Position numbers and translations under genes: made by a program. From NCBI GenBank assembly GCA_963828195.1, contig CAWHDT010000007.1, positions 160,001 through 224,000 of the forward strand: a stretch of 64,000 bases of DNA. The letters are read 5' to 3'. The stretch is from Candidatus Bathyarchaeota archaeon (lineage in GTDB: Archaea; Thermoproteota; Bathyarchaeia; Bathyarchaeales; Bathycorpusculaceae). The notes beneath the pieces were generated by a model. That model saw only the letters and a list, made by a program, of their open reading frames with translations, had not been told where the DNA came from and did not search any database. Positions 50,403-60,021 of this stretch are shown here, piece by piece (position 1 is the first letter of the stretch; every line of letters begins with the position of its first letter).

Positions 50403-50659
50403 TTTCCGCCGAAGTTCTTCAGGTTTAAAGTCCTGAGCTATTTTCAGAACCTCTAGGCTTGTTTACTTGTGATGTACCAACAGTACGGGAAGACCAAGTG
50501 CATCATCAACCCGCATAGCTGGCGAGTGGTGACATAAGCGAGGTTCTCGGTGGTTGTGAAAGAGTTTGGGAAAGGTTAAATTGCTAGGAACATTAAATCC
50601 TTGTGCTCGAGGATTTCGGGCTTTAAAAATTAAGCCACTAAATTAGCGAAGGTTACAAC

Positions 50660-51214
50660 GTGAAACTTGAATATCCAGCATTTTGGCGAAACGCGTCGTC
50701 AAAACGCAAAAGAATCTACTTGATTATACTCGTTTTTGTACTTGCTTTTGTCGTTACCGCCGTTGGCAGCTATGTACCGCTGAGTCATTCGGATGCTCAG
50801 TCAATATCTAATGGCGTAAACGCGACTATTACTTCGCATAAGTCCACTGCTTCTTTAGCGGAGTACATTTTCATCAATAACTTCTCAATTTGCCTACTCA
50901 TGTTCGTTCCCATCGTTGGACCCATCGTGGGGATGTTCATAATCTTTGATACGGGTATCGCGCTTGGCGCCATATCAACCGTACAGGGCTATCCGCCCTT
51001 TGTAGCATTGATAAGCGAACTGATATTGCCTATATTCTGGCTAGAATTCATCGCTTACTCGACAGCTATGGCGGAAGGCATTTGGTTAAGCCGCAGGCTA
51101 ATGCAACGTCGTTGGTTTGAACTAAAAAACATGGTTATACTGATAGGTATATGCGCCGTCATACTTGCCGGCAGCGCAGTATTAGAAGCTTGGCTAATAA
51201 GCATCGGTCTCTAG
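50660..51214 (+). CDS. SpoIIM-family membrane protein
   Basis: IFINN, LE, AVLEA; multiple TMs. Confidence 0.8.
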   Translation: MKLEYPAFWRNASSKRKRIYLIILVFVLAFVVTAVGSYVPLSHSDAQSISNGVNATITSHKSTASLAEYIFINNFSICLLMFVPIVGPIVGMFIIFDTGIALGAISTVQGYPPFVALISELILPIFWLEFIAYSTAMAEGIWLSRRLMQRRWFELKNMVILIGICAVILAGSAVLEAWLISIGL

Positions 51215-51228
51215 AAGCGCTTGCCGCT

Positions 51229-52083
51229 TTACTTTTTCATTACCTCTAAACTTATATCTAATGCTTTAACGCTATGAGTAAGTTCCCCCAAACTTATAAT
51301 GTCCACTTGCGCCGATGCGTATTCCAACAGGTTCTCGCCTGTAATTTTACCACTGACTTCTAACAGCACACCGCCAAACCCAGCTTTCTCTAACATTACG
51401 GCGGCATCCTTGGCCTGTTTAGGAGAAAAATTATCCAGCATGATAATGTCAGCTCCTGCCTTAGCTGCCTGCAATGCGTCCTCAGCTTTCGTAACTTCAA
51501 CTTCGATTTTTTTGCTAAACGAAACGTTCGCCTTTGCTTTTTTAACTGCGGCTTCAACGCTTCCAACTATTGCTAAATGATTATCTTTAATCAAAACCAT
51601 GTCATCCAAATGAAGCCTATGTGGATCTCCGCCGCCTATGGCTACTGCTTTTTTATCGAAATAAAGCAGTCCGGGCGCCGATTTTCGCGTCGCAGCAATT
51701 TTGGCTTTGGAGCCTGCGTTTTCAAGTTTCTTTGCTAAAGTTTGGGTGGCAGTTGCGATGCCGCTCATTCTTGAGAGAAGATTCAGCATTGTCCTCTCAG
51801 AGCAAAGAATGGTTTGGGCGTCTCCTGAGATTTCCAATAGTACTTGTTTATTTTTTATTTTTTCTCCGTCAGCAACTTTTGCCTTAACTTTTAAACCTAA
51901 ACACTCAGCGAGAATGCTTGTCTCTTCAATTCCTGCTGCAACGCCTTCTTCTTTAGCTACAACTGCCGCGTTTACCTCTAAGTTTGATGGAATAATTGCC
52001 TGTGCTGTTACGTCGCCTTGCCCAATGTCCTCTGCAAGTATTTGCTTGAGCTTCTCTTCCAGAATTTTTCGTGGAGCAAACAT
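51229..52083 (-). CDS. nadC: Quinolinate phosphoribosyltransferase
   Basis: EDIGQGDVT, TRKSAPG, IKDNH, IEVEV, MLDN. Confidence 0.95.
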   Translation of the reverse strand: MFAPRKILEEKLKQILAEDIGQGDVTAQAIIPSNLEVNAAVVAKEEGVAAGIEETSILAECLGLKVKAKVADGEKIKNKQVLLEISGDAQTILCSERTMLNLLSRMSGIATATQTLAKKLENAGSKAKIAATRKSAPGLLYFDKKAVAIGGGDPHRLHLDDMVLIKDNHLAIVGSVEAAVKKAKANVSFSKKIEVEVTKAEDALQAAKAGADIIMLDNFSPKQAKDAAVMLEKAGFGGVLLEVSGKITGENLLEYASAQVDIISLGELTHSVKALDISLEVMKK

Positions 52084-52170
52084 ATCTTGTACTGTTGCGT
52101 TTAAACCTTAAATTGCTTGCTTTTTCAAGTGGAGCATGGGATAGTTAAAATAAATCGAGGCTTATCTGGT

Positions 52171-53316
52171 ATGAATATGCGATTGCTACTGAGCTGCTCA
52201 GAGCTTGGCTTAGGCCATGTTTCCCGTATCATACCCTTAGGAAAAAGACTGGCAAAAGAGGGTCATGAATTGTTCTTTTTCTCAGGAGGCAAAGCATATG
52301 ACATGCTTCAGCAGGAGTTTACAAATGTTAACAAATGCACTCCGATATCTTGGTATGAAAACGCTTATGGCATTATTACGTCTGCCTCGCTAATCAACCT
52401 GCTTTTTCCTCTTCCCTTATTTAACAGCGAGACAAATAGGCTTGAAATAAAAAACTCCAACGCATGGGAAACTATACATCGCTACTATGACCTCAGAGAA
52501 AATATTCGCGATATTGCACCTGACGTTCTCATCGCAGACGGCGACATAAACGCGCTTCGACTTGCCTATAACTGGAAAATTCCCTCAGTTTACATAGCTA
52601 ACATGATAAGGCCAACCTACGGTTTCTCTGCTCTTCTTAATCCAGGCGAGCGACTGATTGAGCGGTATGTGAAGCGGTGCTCAAAAATAATAATTCCCGA
52701 TAACCCGCCGCCCTACACTGTCTCCGAGTATAGTATTGGCGACTTGAGCAATATGGGGTTAAACGGGAAAGTTGAATTCACAGGCAGCTTCGTTGACACA
52801 ACACCCGTTGAAGGCTTGCAAGAACACATTTTTGCGCCTGTAAGTGGCCCCCCAGGCACAAGAGCAAAAATAATGAAAACTCTCCTTCCAGTTCTCGAAA
52901 AGCTCAAAACCAAATGCGTCATAAGTTTAGGAACACCGGGCAAAAAAGTTTCGACCAAAATCGGGAACTGCGAACTTCACAGTTGGCTATCTACGGAAGA
53001 GCGAGAGCAATATATGAAAAATGCTAAATTCGTAATCTTTAGCGGTGGACACGCAACTTGTTTTGAAACAATTAAATATTCCAAGCCGAGCATCTGCATC
53101 CCGACCCAACCTGAACAGTTGGGCAACGCTGCTAAGCTTCAAGACTTAAACTGCTCAATAACTGTTAAGAACAAAGGTCAGTTGCAGAAGGCGGTTCAGA
53201 AAATGGAGAAGGAGCAAGAATCGTTTGACAAAAACATGGTTGCGCTCAGCAGGTTTTCTAGCAAGTATATGGGTCTAGACAGGGCAGTTACAATCATAGA
53301 TACCCTTCTTGATTGA
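52171..53316 (+). CDS. GT-B glycosyltransferase (GT28/MJ1255-like)
   Basis: GLGHVSR, GGHAT..E, EQLGNA. Confidence 0.85.
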   Translation: MNMRLLLSCSELGLGHVSRIIPLGKRLAKEGHELFFFSGGKAYDMLQQEFTNVNKCTPISWYENAYGIITSASLINLLFPLPLFNSETNRLEIKNSNAWETIHRYYDLRENIRDIAPDVLIADGDINALRLAYNWKIPSVYIANMIRPTYGFSALLNPGERLIERYVKRCSKIIIPDNPPPYTVSEYSIGDLSNMGLNGKVEFTGSFVDTTPVEGLQEHIFAPVSGPPGTRAKIMKTLLPVLEKLKTKCVISLGTPGKKVSTKIGNCELHSWLSTEEREQYMKNAKFVIFSGGHATCFETIKYSKPSICIPTQPEQLGNAAKLQDLNCSITVKNKGQLQKAVQKMEKEQESFDKNMVALSRFSSKYMGLDRAVTIIDTLLD

Positions 53317-53325
53317 CGTCGGCTG

Positions 53326-53961
53326 TTATTTGCTGAGGTTTACGCGTTTAATTTCGCCCAAAGGCTTTTCCTCTTCAAAAATGATGGCTTTAAACTTGTA
53401 TATTTTAGCGTCCTTTGTTAACCAGCTATCGGGGGGGAGCCCTGCTTTTACGCAGCATTGGCAAAGAAATTCTTCTTCACACCAACCCCATTCAATTGGC
53501 ACTTGAGGCAGCAGCAAACCCTTACGGTAACCTCTTTCAACGATTAAGCCGTCTTCGCCGACTTTGATTTTGCTCAAGTACTCCTTGGGGTTTTTGACTT
53601 CCACGGGTTCAGGAGGTGTCAGCACGCTTACTTCAAAAATGACTTTGTCCAGTTCCTTCAAAGACATCGGTTCGAACCTTGGGTCTTGCGTTGCAGCGTT
53701 AATGGCGGAATCAATGACTGCTTCAACAAGCGGGCTTGTCGGGTAAGGGTAACCGATACAGCCACGCAACTCCTTCTCACCGTGACTCGGAGTGCTTATT
53801 GTTACGAATACCCCGCATTGCTCAAAGAGTTTCTTGGCTGTATCTTTTGGAGGTTGAATGTTTTTGTTTTTCTCCAGTTTTTCCTTTACAGCGCTTCGAG
53901 CGAGTTGGATTAAGAATTTTCCTTCTTCTAAGCTTAGTTCAAACGACATACCGCTTACCAC
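53326..53961 (-). CDS. AMMECR1 domain protein
   Basis: GVFVT, LRGCIG, DPRF, GLLLPQV. Confidence 0.93.
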   Translation of the reverse strand: MVSGMSFELSLEEGKFLIQLARSAVKEKLEKNKNIQPPKDTAKKLFEQCGVFVTISTPSHGEKELRGCIGYPYPTSPLVEAVIDSAINAATQDPRFEPMSLKELDKVIFEVSVLTPPEPVEVKNPKEYLSKIKVGEDGLIVERGYRKGLLLPQVPIEWGWCEEEFLCQCCVKAGLPPDSWLTKDAKIYKFKAIIFEEEKPLGEIKRVNLSK

Positions 53962-54026
53962 TCCTCAATAACATGGCGCAAGTTAGCGCAAATCCCTTTC
54001 AGCTTAGATAAATTTGAAAGATGATT

Positions 54027-54716
54027 TTAGAACTTTATCGATTCTTCAGCGATTCCGTCCTTAGTTATAATAAGGAAGTCGATGCCGTCGCCACTCATTG
54101 AATCTCGGCTTATTGCCGACTTTATAGAGCGCATGACGAGTTCTTTCGCTTCTTCCGCATTCAGGGTTTCTTTGTAGCCTTCTTCCAAAACACCTATCGC
54201 TATTTCTGTGCCTGAACCAACCACAGCGTATTTATCAGGTAAAAGCGAGCCTAAAACATCAAGCACGTAGAGCGATGGACCTTCCTCATCTAAACCACCG
54301 ACGATAGTTTGGGTAATTAATGGTGCGTATCGACGGTTGAAGAGGACGTTTGCCATAAGTTTAGAGGCTGAACGTACGCTGATTTTTCTGCCTGTGTCCA
54401 TGCTGAAAAGGTTAGCTTGCGCTTCCATTTCTTTAGCGAGAATTTGCATGTCCCCAACAAGTCCTGCACAGGCAACGCCGATTCGATCAGTTACTTTGAA
54501 CACTTTTTTTCCGCCTTTACTCATGATGAAATAACCATAAGTTACTCTTTTTTCCGCAGCTAAAATTACTCCGCCCGAGAAGACAACGCCAACTGTGGTG
54601 GCGCCTGGCATCCAAGCGTAGCCGCCTTGCTGAGCTTGCTGCTGCTGGTCCTGTTGCATCTGCGGATACTGTGGAACTTGAGGTATTTGAGGTAACTGTG
54701 GTCCATAATTTTCCAT
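54027..54716 (-). CDS. psmB: Proteasome beta subunit
   Basis: GATTVG, AGLVGD, GSG, RDSMSGDG; Gln-rich propeptide. Confidence 0.95.
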   Translation of the reverse strand: MENYGPQLPQIPQVPQYPQMQQDQQQQAQQGGYAWMPGATTVGVVFSGGVILAAEKRVTYGYFIMSKGGKKVFKVTDRIGVACAGLVGDMQILAKEMEAQANLFSMDTGRKISVRSASKLMANVLFNRRYAPLITQTIVGGLDEEGPSLYVLDVLGSLLPDKYAVVGSGTEIAIGVLEEGYKETLNAEEAKELVMRSIKSAISRDSMSGDGIDFLIITKDGIAEESIKF

Positions 54717-54926
54717 AATTTTCGCCTTTTCGATGTTATATACAAAACAATCTATTAAGCTTACTTATAACCAATTCTAGACGCCTAAGGCAACTTTGAA
54801 AAATGAATCTTGCGCGCTGAGCGCTATGCAGTTGCTGCACCAGGGAATTCAAAGGCGAAATGAGGTTTTTTCCCAGAAACTTTAAACTGCCCAGCCTATT
54901 TCTTTAAATGATTAATAGCCTCATAG

Positions 54927-55520
54927 TTGAAGCAGATGATAGAAATCTACTCTCAGGACGTTGGCGGCGTTTGGTATAGCGTTGCCTGCCATCAAATGCA
55001 GATTGTCGCATCGTCTTTCGGGGCAAGTCAACAGTTAATTTTAAGCAACATTTTAGGAAGCATACCTTACAATGTGCCTTTTCAGGTTTTCCATGAGCCC
55101 TCAGCTTTCGCCAAAAACATTTTCAGTTCCTTAAACAACATTTACCATGGAAGAAACGTTAACCCCAGCTTCACTTTAGCATTGACCCGTTTGCCAGTTT
55201 ACACACGTAGAGTGCTTAAAGCAACTGCCGAAATCCCTCTGGGCTATGTGACTTCTTACGGCGCAATCGCCAAAACGGTAGGTGGAGGACCGAGAGCAGT
55301 GGGAAACGTTATGGCTGCCAACCCTTTTGCACCCATTGTTCCCTGCCACAGAGTTGTTAAATCTGATTTTACTTTAGGCGGTTACGGAGGCGGATTGAAA
55401 GTTAAATTGAGCCTCCTGGGCAGGGAGAAAAGGGGCTATTCAACCTCAAAAGAAATAGAAGTTAATGGACGCCAGCTTCAAGTGTTCCCTGTTGAATATG
55501 TTTTAAGAGATTTGGCTTAA
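54927..55520 (+). CDS. ogt: O6-methylguanine-DNA methyltransferase
   Basis: PRAVG, VPCHRV, GGYGGG. Confidence 0.93.
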   Translation: MKQMIEIYSQDVGGVWYSVACHQMQIVASSFGASQQLILSNILGSIPYNVPFQVFHEPSAFAKNIFSSLNNIYHGRNVNPSFTLALTRLPVYTRRVLKATAEIPLGYVTSYGAIAKTVGGGPRAVGNVMAANPFAPIVPCHRVVKSDFTLGGYGGGLKVKLSLLGREKRGYSTSKEIEVNGRQLQVFPVEYVLRDLA

Positions 55521-55583
55521 CCCGAAGCGTTGGGTTTACGCAAATCATAAAAGCAGGCGAGCTCAAACTCAAAGGCGGGAATC

Positions 55584-56114
55584 ATGTTGGTTAATCGGGG
55601 TCTTTACGTCGGCAGATTTCAACCTTTTCATTTGGGACACCTGCGCGCCATCAAGGCAGTTTTAAAAGAAATTGATGAACTCGTCGTGGTAATCGGCAGC
55701 GCTCAATACAGCCATAACTCCAACAACCCGTTTACGGCGGGCGAGCGATTAGTTATGATTCGCCGTGCTTTGCAGGAGGCTAAAGTGGATTATTCTAAGC
55801 TTTGGATTGTTCCAGTTCCAGATGTTCATTTGCACATGATTTGGGTCAGCGCTGTGGAAGGTTACACTCCAAAGTTTAATATTTGTTACTCCAATGAACC
55901 CCTGTCAAGAAGGCTTTTCATGGAAGCAGGTTACCAAGTGAAAAACATACCCTTCTTTGACAGGACACATTACGTGTCAACAATCATAAGAGAAAAAATG
56001 CTTCAAGGCGACAGCTGGATGGAGCTTGTTCCTAAAAGCGTAGCTGAATTCATCAATGAGATAGACGGGGTTAATCGGCTTCGGGATTTAGCTAGAACAG
56101 ATAGGGTGTCTTAA
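55584..56114 (+). CDS. nadM: Nicotinamide-nucleotide adenylyltransferase
   Basis: GRFQPFHLGH, NPFTAGER. Confidence 0.93.
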   Translation: MLVNRGLYVGRFQPFHLGHLRAIKAVLKEIDELVVVIGSAQYSHNSNNPFTAGERLVMIRRALQEAKVDYSKLWIVPVPDVHLHMIWVSAVEGYTPKFNICYSNEPLSRRLFMEAGYQVKNIPFFDRTHYVSTIIREKMLQGDSWMELVPKSVAEFINEIDGVNRLRDLARTDRVS

Positions 56115-56677
56115 ACAACCATTTTTTCGTCCGAAGCCTTATGATAGAAACGCCAGGCGAGAAGATAAACAACGACTACAATTATTAGTTCTGCTAGTAC
56201 CCCAGCAAAAGCGGTTGGTGCTTCGATGGCAAAAAAGTTGTTTGCTGCATGAAGAAACACCGACGCAGAATAGTAAGGTAGCGGTTTTTTCTTAGCGATG
56301 CCGTAGGCTGTTATAGCCGCGCTGGAAGCATGAAAAATAACGCCTGGGATTCTAACAATAAAAGGTACCTGATAAATGAATACGTATAAGAAGAATTCAG
56401 AAATGCCGAAACCTAACCCGATCAAAACCCCTAGGGTTACAAGTGACCTTTCGGTTTCACCATGCCTATAGAATAGTGGGAAAACTTTCGCTAACTCCTC
56501 CACGAAAGGCGCAACTACAACAATCGCTATAGCGTAGGGGAAAAAAGGGTAAAAGTTCGAAAAAAACAAGGCAAACGGAATACTCACTAGGATTCCGCAG
56601 GAGAAAAAGAAGATTAATTCTCTGCGACTTGGTTTATGAAGCGGTATAACGCATTGCTGCTGCGGCTTATCTTCCAT
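56111..56677 (-). CDS. PrsW family intramembrane protease
   Basis: APFVEELAK, GLGFG..E, H..S, HAANN. Confidence 0.85.
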   Translation of the reverse strand: MEDKPQQQCVIPLHKPSRRELIFFFSCGILVSIPFALFFSNFYPFFPYAIAIVVVAPFVEELAKVFPLFYRHGETERSLVTLGVLIGLGFGISEFFLYVFIYQVPFIVRIPGVIFHASSAAITAYGIAKKKPLPYYSASVFLHAANNFFAIEAPTAFAGVLAELIIVVVVYLLAWRFYHKASDEKMVV

Positions 56678-56741
56678 AAAAAAGGGGCTTCCCTACAAAA
56701 TAGTGAACTAAACGCTTACTTATCAGCTTTTTCGCTGTCTC

Positions 56742-58115
56742 TTAGAAGCCCGCAGCTATTGGGCTTTTGGGCTTCATTATTTCCCGAAGAACCACCGTTG
56801 CATAGGAACCTCTAAAAAGCATGAAGCTCAACTCGGCTTGGCAGCCTTTGCCGTTTGCATTTGCTGAAACGCTTTTGAGCTTGAAGTCTCTGATGGGAGT
56901 CACAGCCGTTCGCAAGCCGCCTTTGCCGCCAGCCCTTGATAATGCATTAACCTGTAAATTCTCTAACTTGATTTCTTCTTCCTCAAGAATCGCCAGTTCA
57001 ATTTGCCCCATGATACCTTGAGAAAGCTTCTGCCTTACTCCTACAATGGGTAGGGCAACCCGCAGTTTTCCAGCGGCAATTCGCTCGTTAACGCCCCCAA
57101 GAGTTTCTGCTGTTACATTTTTCACCATGGTTGTCAGAGGCAACCCGGAGCGTTCAACAGCAACCACAAAGTCGCCGACCTCGGCTTTGCTCAAAGAGTA
57201 ACCATGCTTAACCCGCTCGCTCAGGAAACGATTAAACAGGTAAGACTGATGTGCTTGAACAAAAAGTTGCTGAAGCTTGAGCGGCAACCTTTGAAATGCT
57301 CCAACAAAATCACTCGGTTTATCCGCCAAGTGGCTCAGCATTAATCTTTCAAATCGAAGCTGCCGAGGAAAATTCTCCAGTGCCTGCTTGAAATTTTTTG
57401 TCAACTGCAGTTCTCGGCGTGCTTGCCTTGAGGCTGGATGCTCGTGAGGGCTTGGTTTGGCAAGAAAAAGCATTGCCGCCTCCTCAAAATCGCCTCTAAC
57501 CAGGGCTTTTCCAACCAGATGTGTTATGGGTCGTGTGGTTCCGAAGCGTTGGTGCCCAAAAAAGTTTGGGATGCCGCCTAAGGCTTCAAGTTCTTTTTGT
57601 GTCTGAGAAATTCTGTTTTCAACCGTTTTTTCCTTGAGTTTTACTGCTTTGATTTTTATGGTAAATTGATTGCCAAGCAGGTAAAATAGTGAAAGCGCTT
57701 CGCGAAGGTAGCCGGCAGGGTACAGTTGGATGTCTTTAACGTTAACTCTTGAAGCATCCTCCACCGTGCCGTCTTCAATCGTTATGTGTTGAGCGGTTAT
57801 GGCTTTGGCGTCTTTAATGCCTGCAATCTGGATGCGTCCCTGGTCAATTCCAAGTTGTTTTGCTACGTTTTTGACAGCTATGAAATTGTCCCAGTTGCGC
57901 TTTACCAAAACGCAGAGTAGATACCTCTGCCTTTGGGAGGAGGAACCCAAGATTTCACTTGGAACCGCTCCATCTATGTTTGCCTTTGAACCATCAACAA
58001 GAACTTCCTCAACCACAAAATCATCTACCGCTTCACGAATGACGCCCCCGATGCCTAAACTTTTGGTGGCGTAAACTTCGATGCCGAGCTGCTTATCAAG
58101 CGATGAAACAGGCAC
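56742..58115 (-). CDS. truD: tRNA pseudouridine(13) synthase
   Basis: AGIKDA.AITAQ, GNQF, PNFFGHQRFG, GSYATV. Confidence 0.95.
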   Translation of the reverse strand: MPVSSLDKQLGIEVYATKSLGIGGVIREAVDDFVVEEVLVDGSKANIDGAVPSEILGSSSQRQRYLLCVLVKRNWDNFIAVKNVAKQLGIDQGRIQIAGIKDAKAITAQHITIEDGTVEDASRVNVKDIQLYPAGYLREALSLFYLLGNQFTIKIKAVKLKEKTVENRISQTQKELEALGGIPNFFGHQRFGTTRPITHLVGKALVRGDFEEAAMLFLAKPSPHEHPASRQARRELQLTKNFKQALENFPRQLRFERLMLSHLADKPSDFVGAFQRLPLKLQQLFVQAHQSYLFNRFLSERVKHGYSLSKAEVGDFVVAVERSGLPLTTMVKNVTAETLGGVNERIAAGKLRVALPIVGVRQKLSQGIMGQIELAILEEEEIKLENLQVNALSRAGGKGGLRTAVTPIRDFKLKSVSANANGKGCQAELSFMLFRGSYATVVLREIMKPKSPIAAGF

Positions 58116-58124
58116 GCAATCGCC

Positions 58125-58487
58125 TTACAAAAGCTTAAGTTTACCCGTTAAGCGGTCAATCTTTTCTGCCGGCGCCGGACCTATGCCTAAGCATGTAACT
58201 GTGCCCTCAGGAACCTCAGTTAACCCCCTATCAACAATCAACGCATGGGGCAACCCCAACTGGTCAGCGGCTTCCTCCAACTCGCTGAGCTCTTTTTCGT
58301 CAGCAACCTTGACCGCGATTTTTCGTTGACCCTCATACATCCATGCTTCCCACCATTTCTTATGTTGGTTAAAAGCGGCTTGAGCAGCTGAAACCGCTGC
58401 GTGTCCAGCCTGCGCCGCAATTTTTCCTTTACTCATCTGCAAGTCGGTTCGGAAAACGAGGACTTGCTTGTATTCAAATTCATCCAT
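58125..58487 (-). CDS. pth2: Peptidyl-tRNA hydrolase Pth2
   Basis: MSKGKIAAQAGHA, DRGLTE, GIGP. Confidence 0.95.
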   Translation of the reverse strand: MDEFEYKQVLVFRTDLQMSKGKIAAQAGHAAVSAAQAAFNQHKKWWEAWMYEGQRKIAVKVADEKELSELEEAADQLGLPHALIVDRGLTEVPEGTVTCLGIGPAPAEKIDRLTGKLKLL

Positions 58488-58521
58488 TACTTTTCCCGCT
58501 TATACGTTGACGTTGGAGATT

Positions 58522-59769
58522 TTAAGCGTTTGCTGACAAATAAAGCAATGCAAAATAAGCAACTGTGGCAAGCATAGAAGGCTTCGTAAGCGCTTTAGCT
58601 ATCATTTTTCCCTGAAAATCGATTTCATCTTCATTGCTCAAAGCTTTGTCGACGCCTAACTTCCTGCAGACTCTTAGCATTTCATCCACTTTGTTATCCG
58701 ATAAGGAGTTAAGGAATCTCCTGAGCCTAAGCATAACGTTGAAATCAAAACTTAGTAAGTCAGAACAGCGTTTCTGATAAAGCTGTAAGGTTTTGGAGGA
58801 AACGTCACCTTGCTTTATGGCTTCACAAGCGGTTTCCACCGCGATTTTGGCGCATGTTAACCCGAAAATTACTCCGCCGCCAGTTGTGGGTTTAACCTGT
58901 GAGGCGCAGTCGCCTACGGCAAGAAACCCGTCGGTATAAGTTCTGTTGATTGGACCACCTAAAGAAATTGTGTGATAGCCGATTTGTGTTATTTTTGCTT
59001 TGTCCAGCTGTTTAGATGCAACTGGATGTTTACGCATCAGCCTATTGAGGTACTCGCGGGGGTTTCCCTTGTTTGTTGCCAACCCCAACTTTGCTGTTCC
59101 GTCAAGCTTTGGAATAAGCCACCCGTAAAAGCCAGGCGCATAATTCTTGCCGAAGTAAACTTCCACCGCATCATCCTCGATGTTCTGTACGTTTTCTACT
59201 TCAGTTTCAACTGCATAAACCAGCCCCTCAGGCTTAAGAGCCGTTAAACCTGCTTGCCTTAAAAGCCTGGAAGAGACACCCTCCGCATCCAAAGCAATCT
59301 TAGAAAAAACTTTTTCTTCTTTCCCACCGTTACTTTGGATTTTTACTCCTTTAACAAAGCCATTCGTCATTATTAGTGATTGGACACGAGAGTTTAAGAC
59401 GAACTGTGCGCCCGCAGCTTCCGCTTGCCCAGCCAAGTACTTGTCAAAACGGGCTCTGTTAAGAGCAGCAGTCACAGGATGGGATAGGTAAAGGGAAAAT
59501 TTGGTGCCGGCAGGTGAATAAAAGTTGGCAGATCTAAAAGTGTTTTCTACAATTCCTTTTGGAAGAGGATACAAATCCATTGCAGTTAAGCTTCGGATGC
59601 TCAGGTGCCCCGCGCAGTGAGACGGCAAACCTATTTCAGGGTGCTCCTCAAAAACAGAGACTTTAACGCCTAATTTAGCTAAGTTTAATGCTGCATATGA
59701 GCCAACAGGTCCACCTCCGACAACTATTGCGTCTGGGGCGTTGCCTGTTACCTGCAATTTTTGCGTCAT
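58522..59769 (-). CDS. Geranylgeranyl reductase family
   Basis: GGGPVG, CAG, YGWLIP, GDCA..PTTGGG. Confidence 0.9.
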   Translation of the reverse strand: MTQKLQVTGNAPDAIVVGGGPVGSYAALNLAKLGVKVSVFEEHPEIGLPSHCAGHLSIRSLTAMDLYPLPKGIVENTFRSANFYSPAGTKFSLYLSHPVTAALNRARFDKYLAGQAEAAGAQFVLNSRVQSLIMTNGFVKGVKIQSNGGKEEKVFSKIALDAEGVSSRLLRQAGLTALKPEGLVYAVETEVENVQNIEDDAVEVYFGKNYAPGFYGWLIPKLDGTAKLGLATNKGNPREYLNRLMRKHPVASKQLDKAKITQIGYHTISLGGPINRTYTDGFLAVGDCASQVKPTTGGGVIFGLTCAKIAVETACEAIKQGDVSSKTLQLYQKRCSDLLSFDFNVMLRLRRFLNSLSDNKVDEMLRVCRKLGVDKALSNEDEIDFQGKMIAKALTKPSMLATVAYFALLYLSANA

Positions 59770-59779
59770 CGTTACTGTG

Positions 59780-60010
59780 TTACTGGACTAGTTCAATTCG
59801 GCGTTTTCCACGCGCCATAGACGAAGTTCGGATTTTACCGCTTACCTCAAGCTTCAGGAGCAGGTCGTTGAAGTCTTTGAAGCCTAAATCCTCAAACTCA
59901 CTTTTCAGCTGTGCAAAGAGTTCATCGTCGGTTAAGTCGCCCTTTTTTGTGAGAACTTCCAACATAACAAAGTACGCTGGCCGCGTTTTCCACGTTTTTA
60001 TCTGAGGCAT
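59780..60010 (-). CDS. Small conserved wHTH protein
   Basis: MPQIKTW..LLKLEVSGKI; follows cdc48. Confidence 0.75.
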   Translation of the reverse strand: MPQIKTWKTRPAYFVMLEVLTKKGDLTDDELFAQLKSEFEDLGFKDFNDLLLKLEVSGKIRTSSMARGKRRIELVQ

Positions 60011-60021
60011 AAGTTTTCCTT

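Noticed and set aside
54600-54716. Gln/Pro-rich repeat
   Set aside because: Variable proteasome beta propeptide
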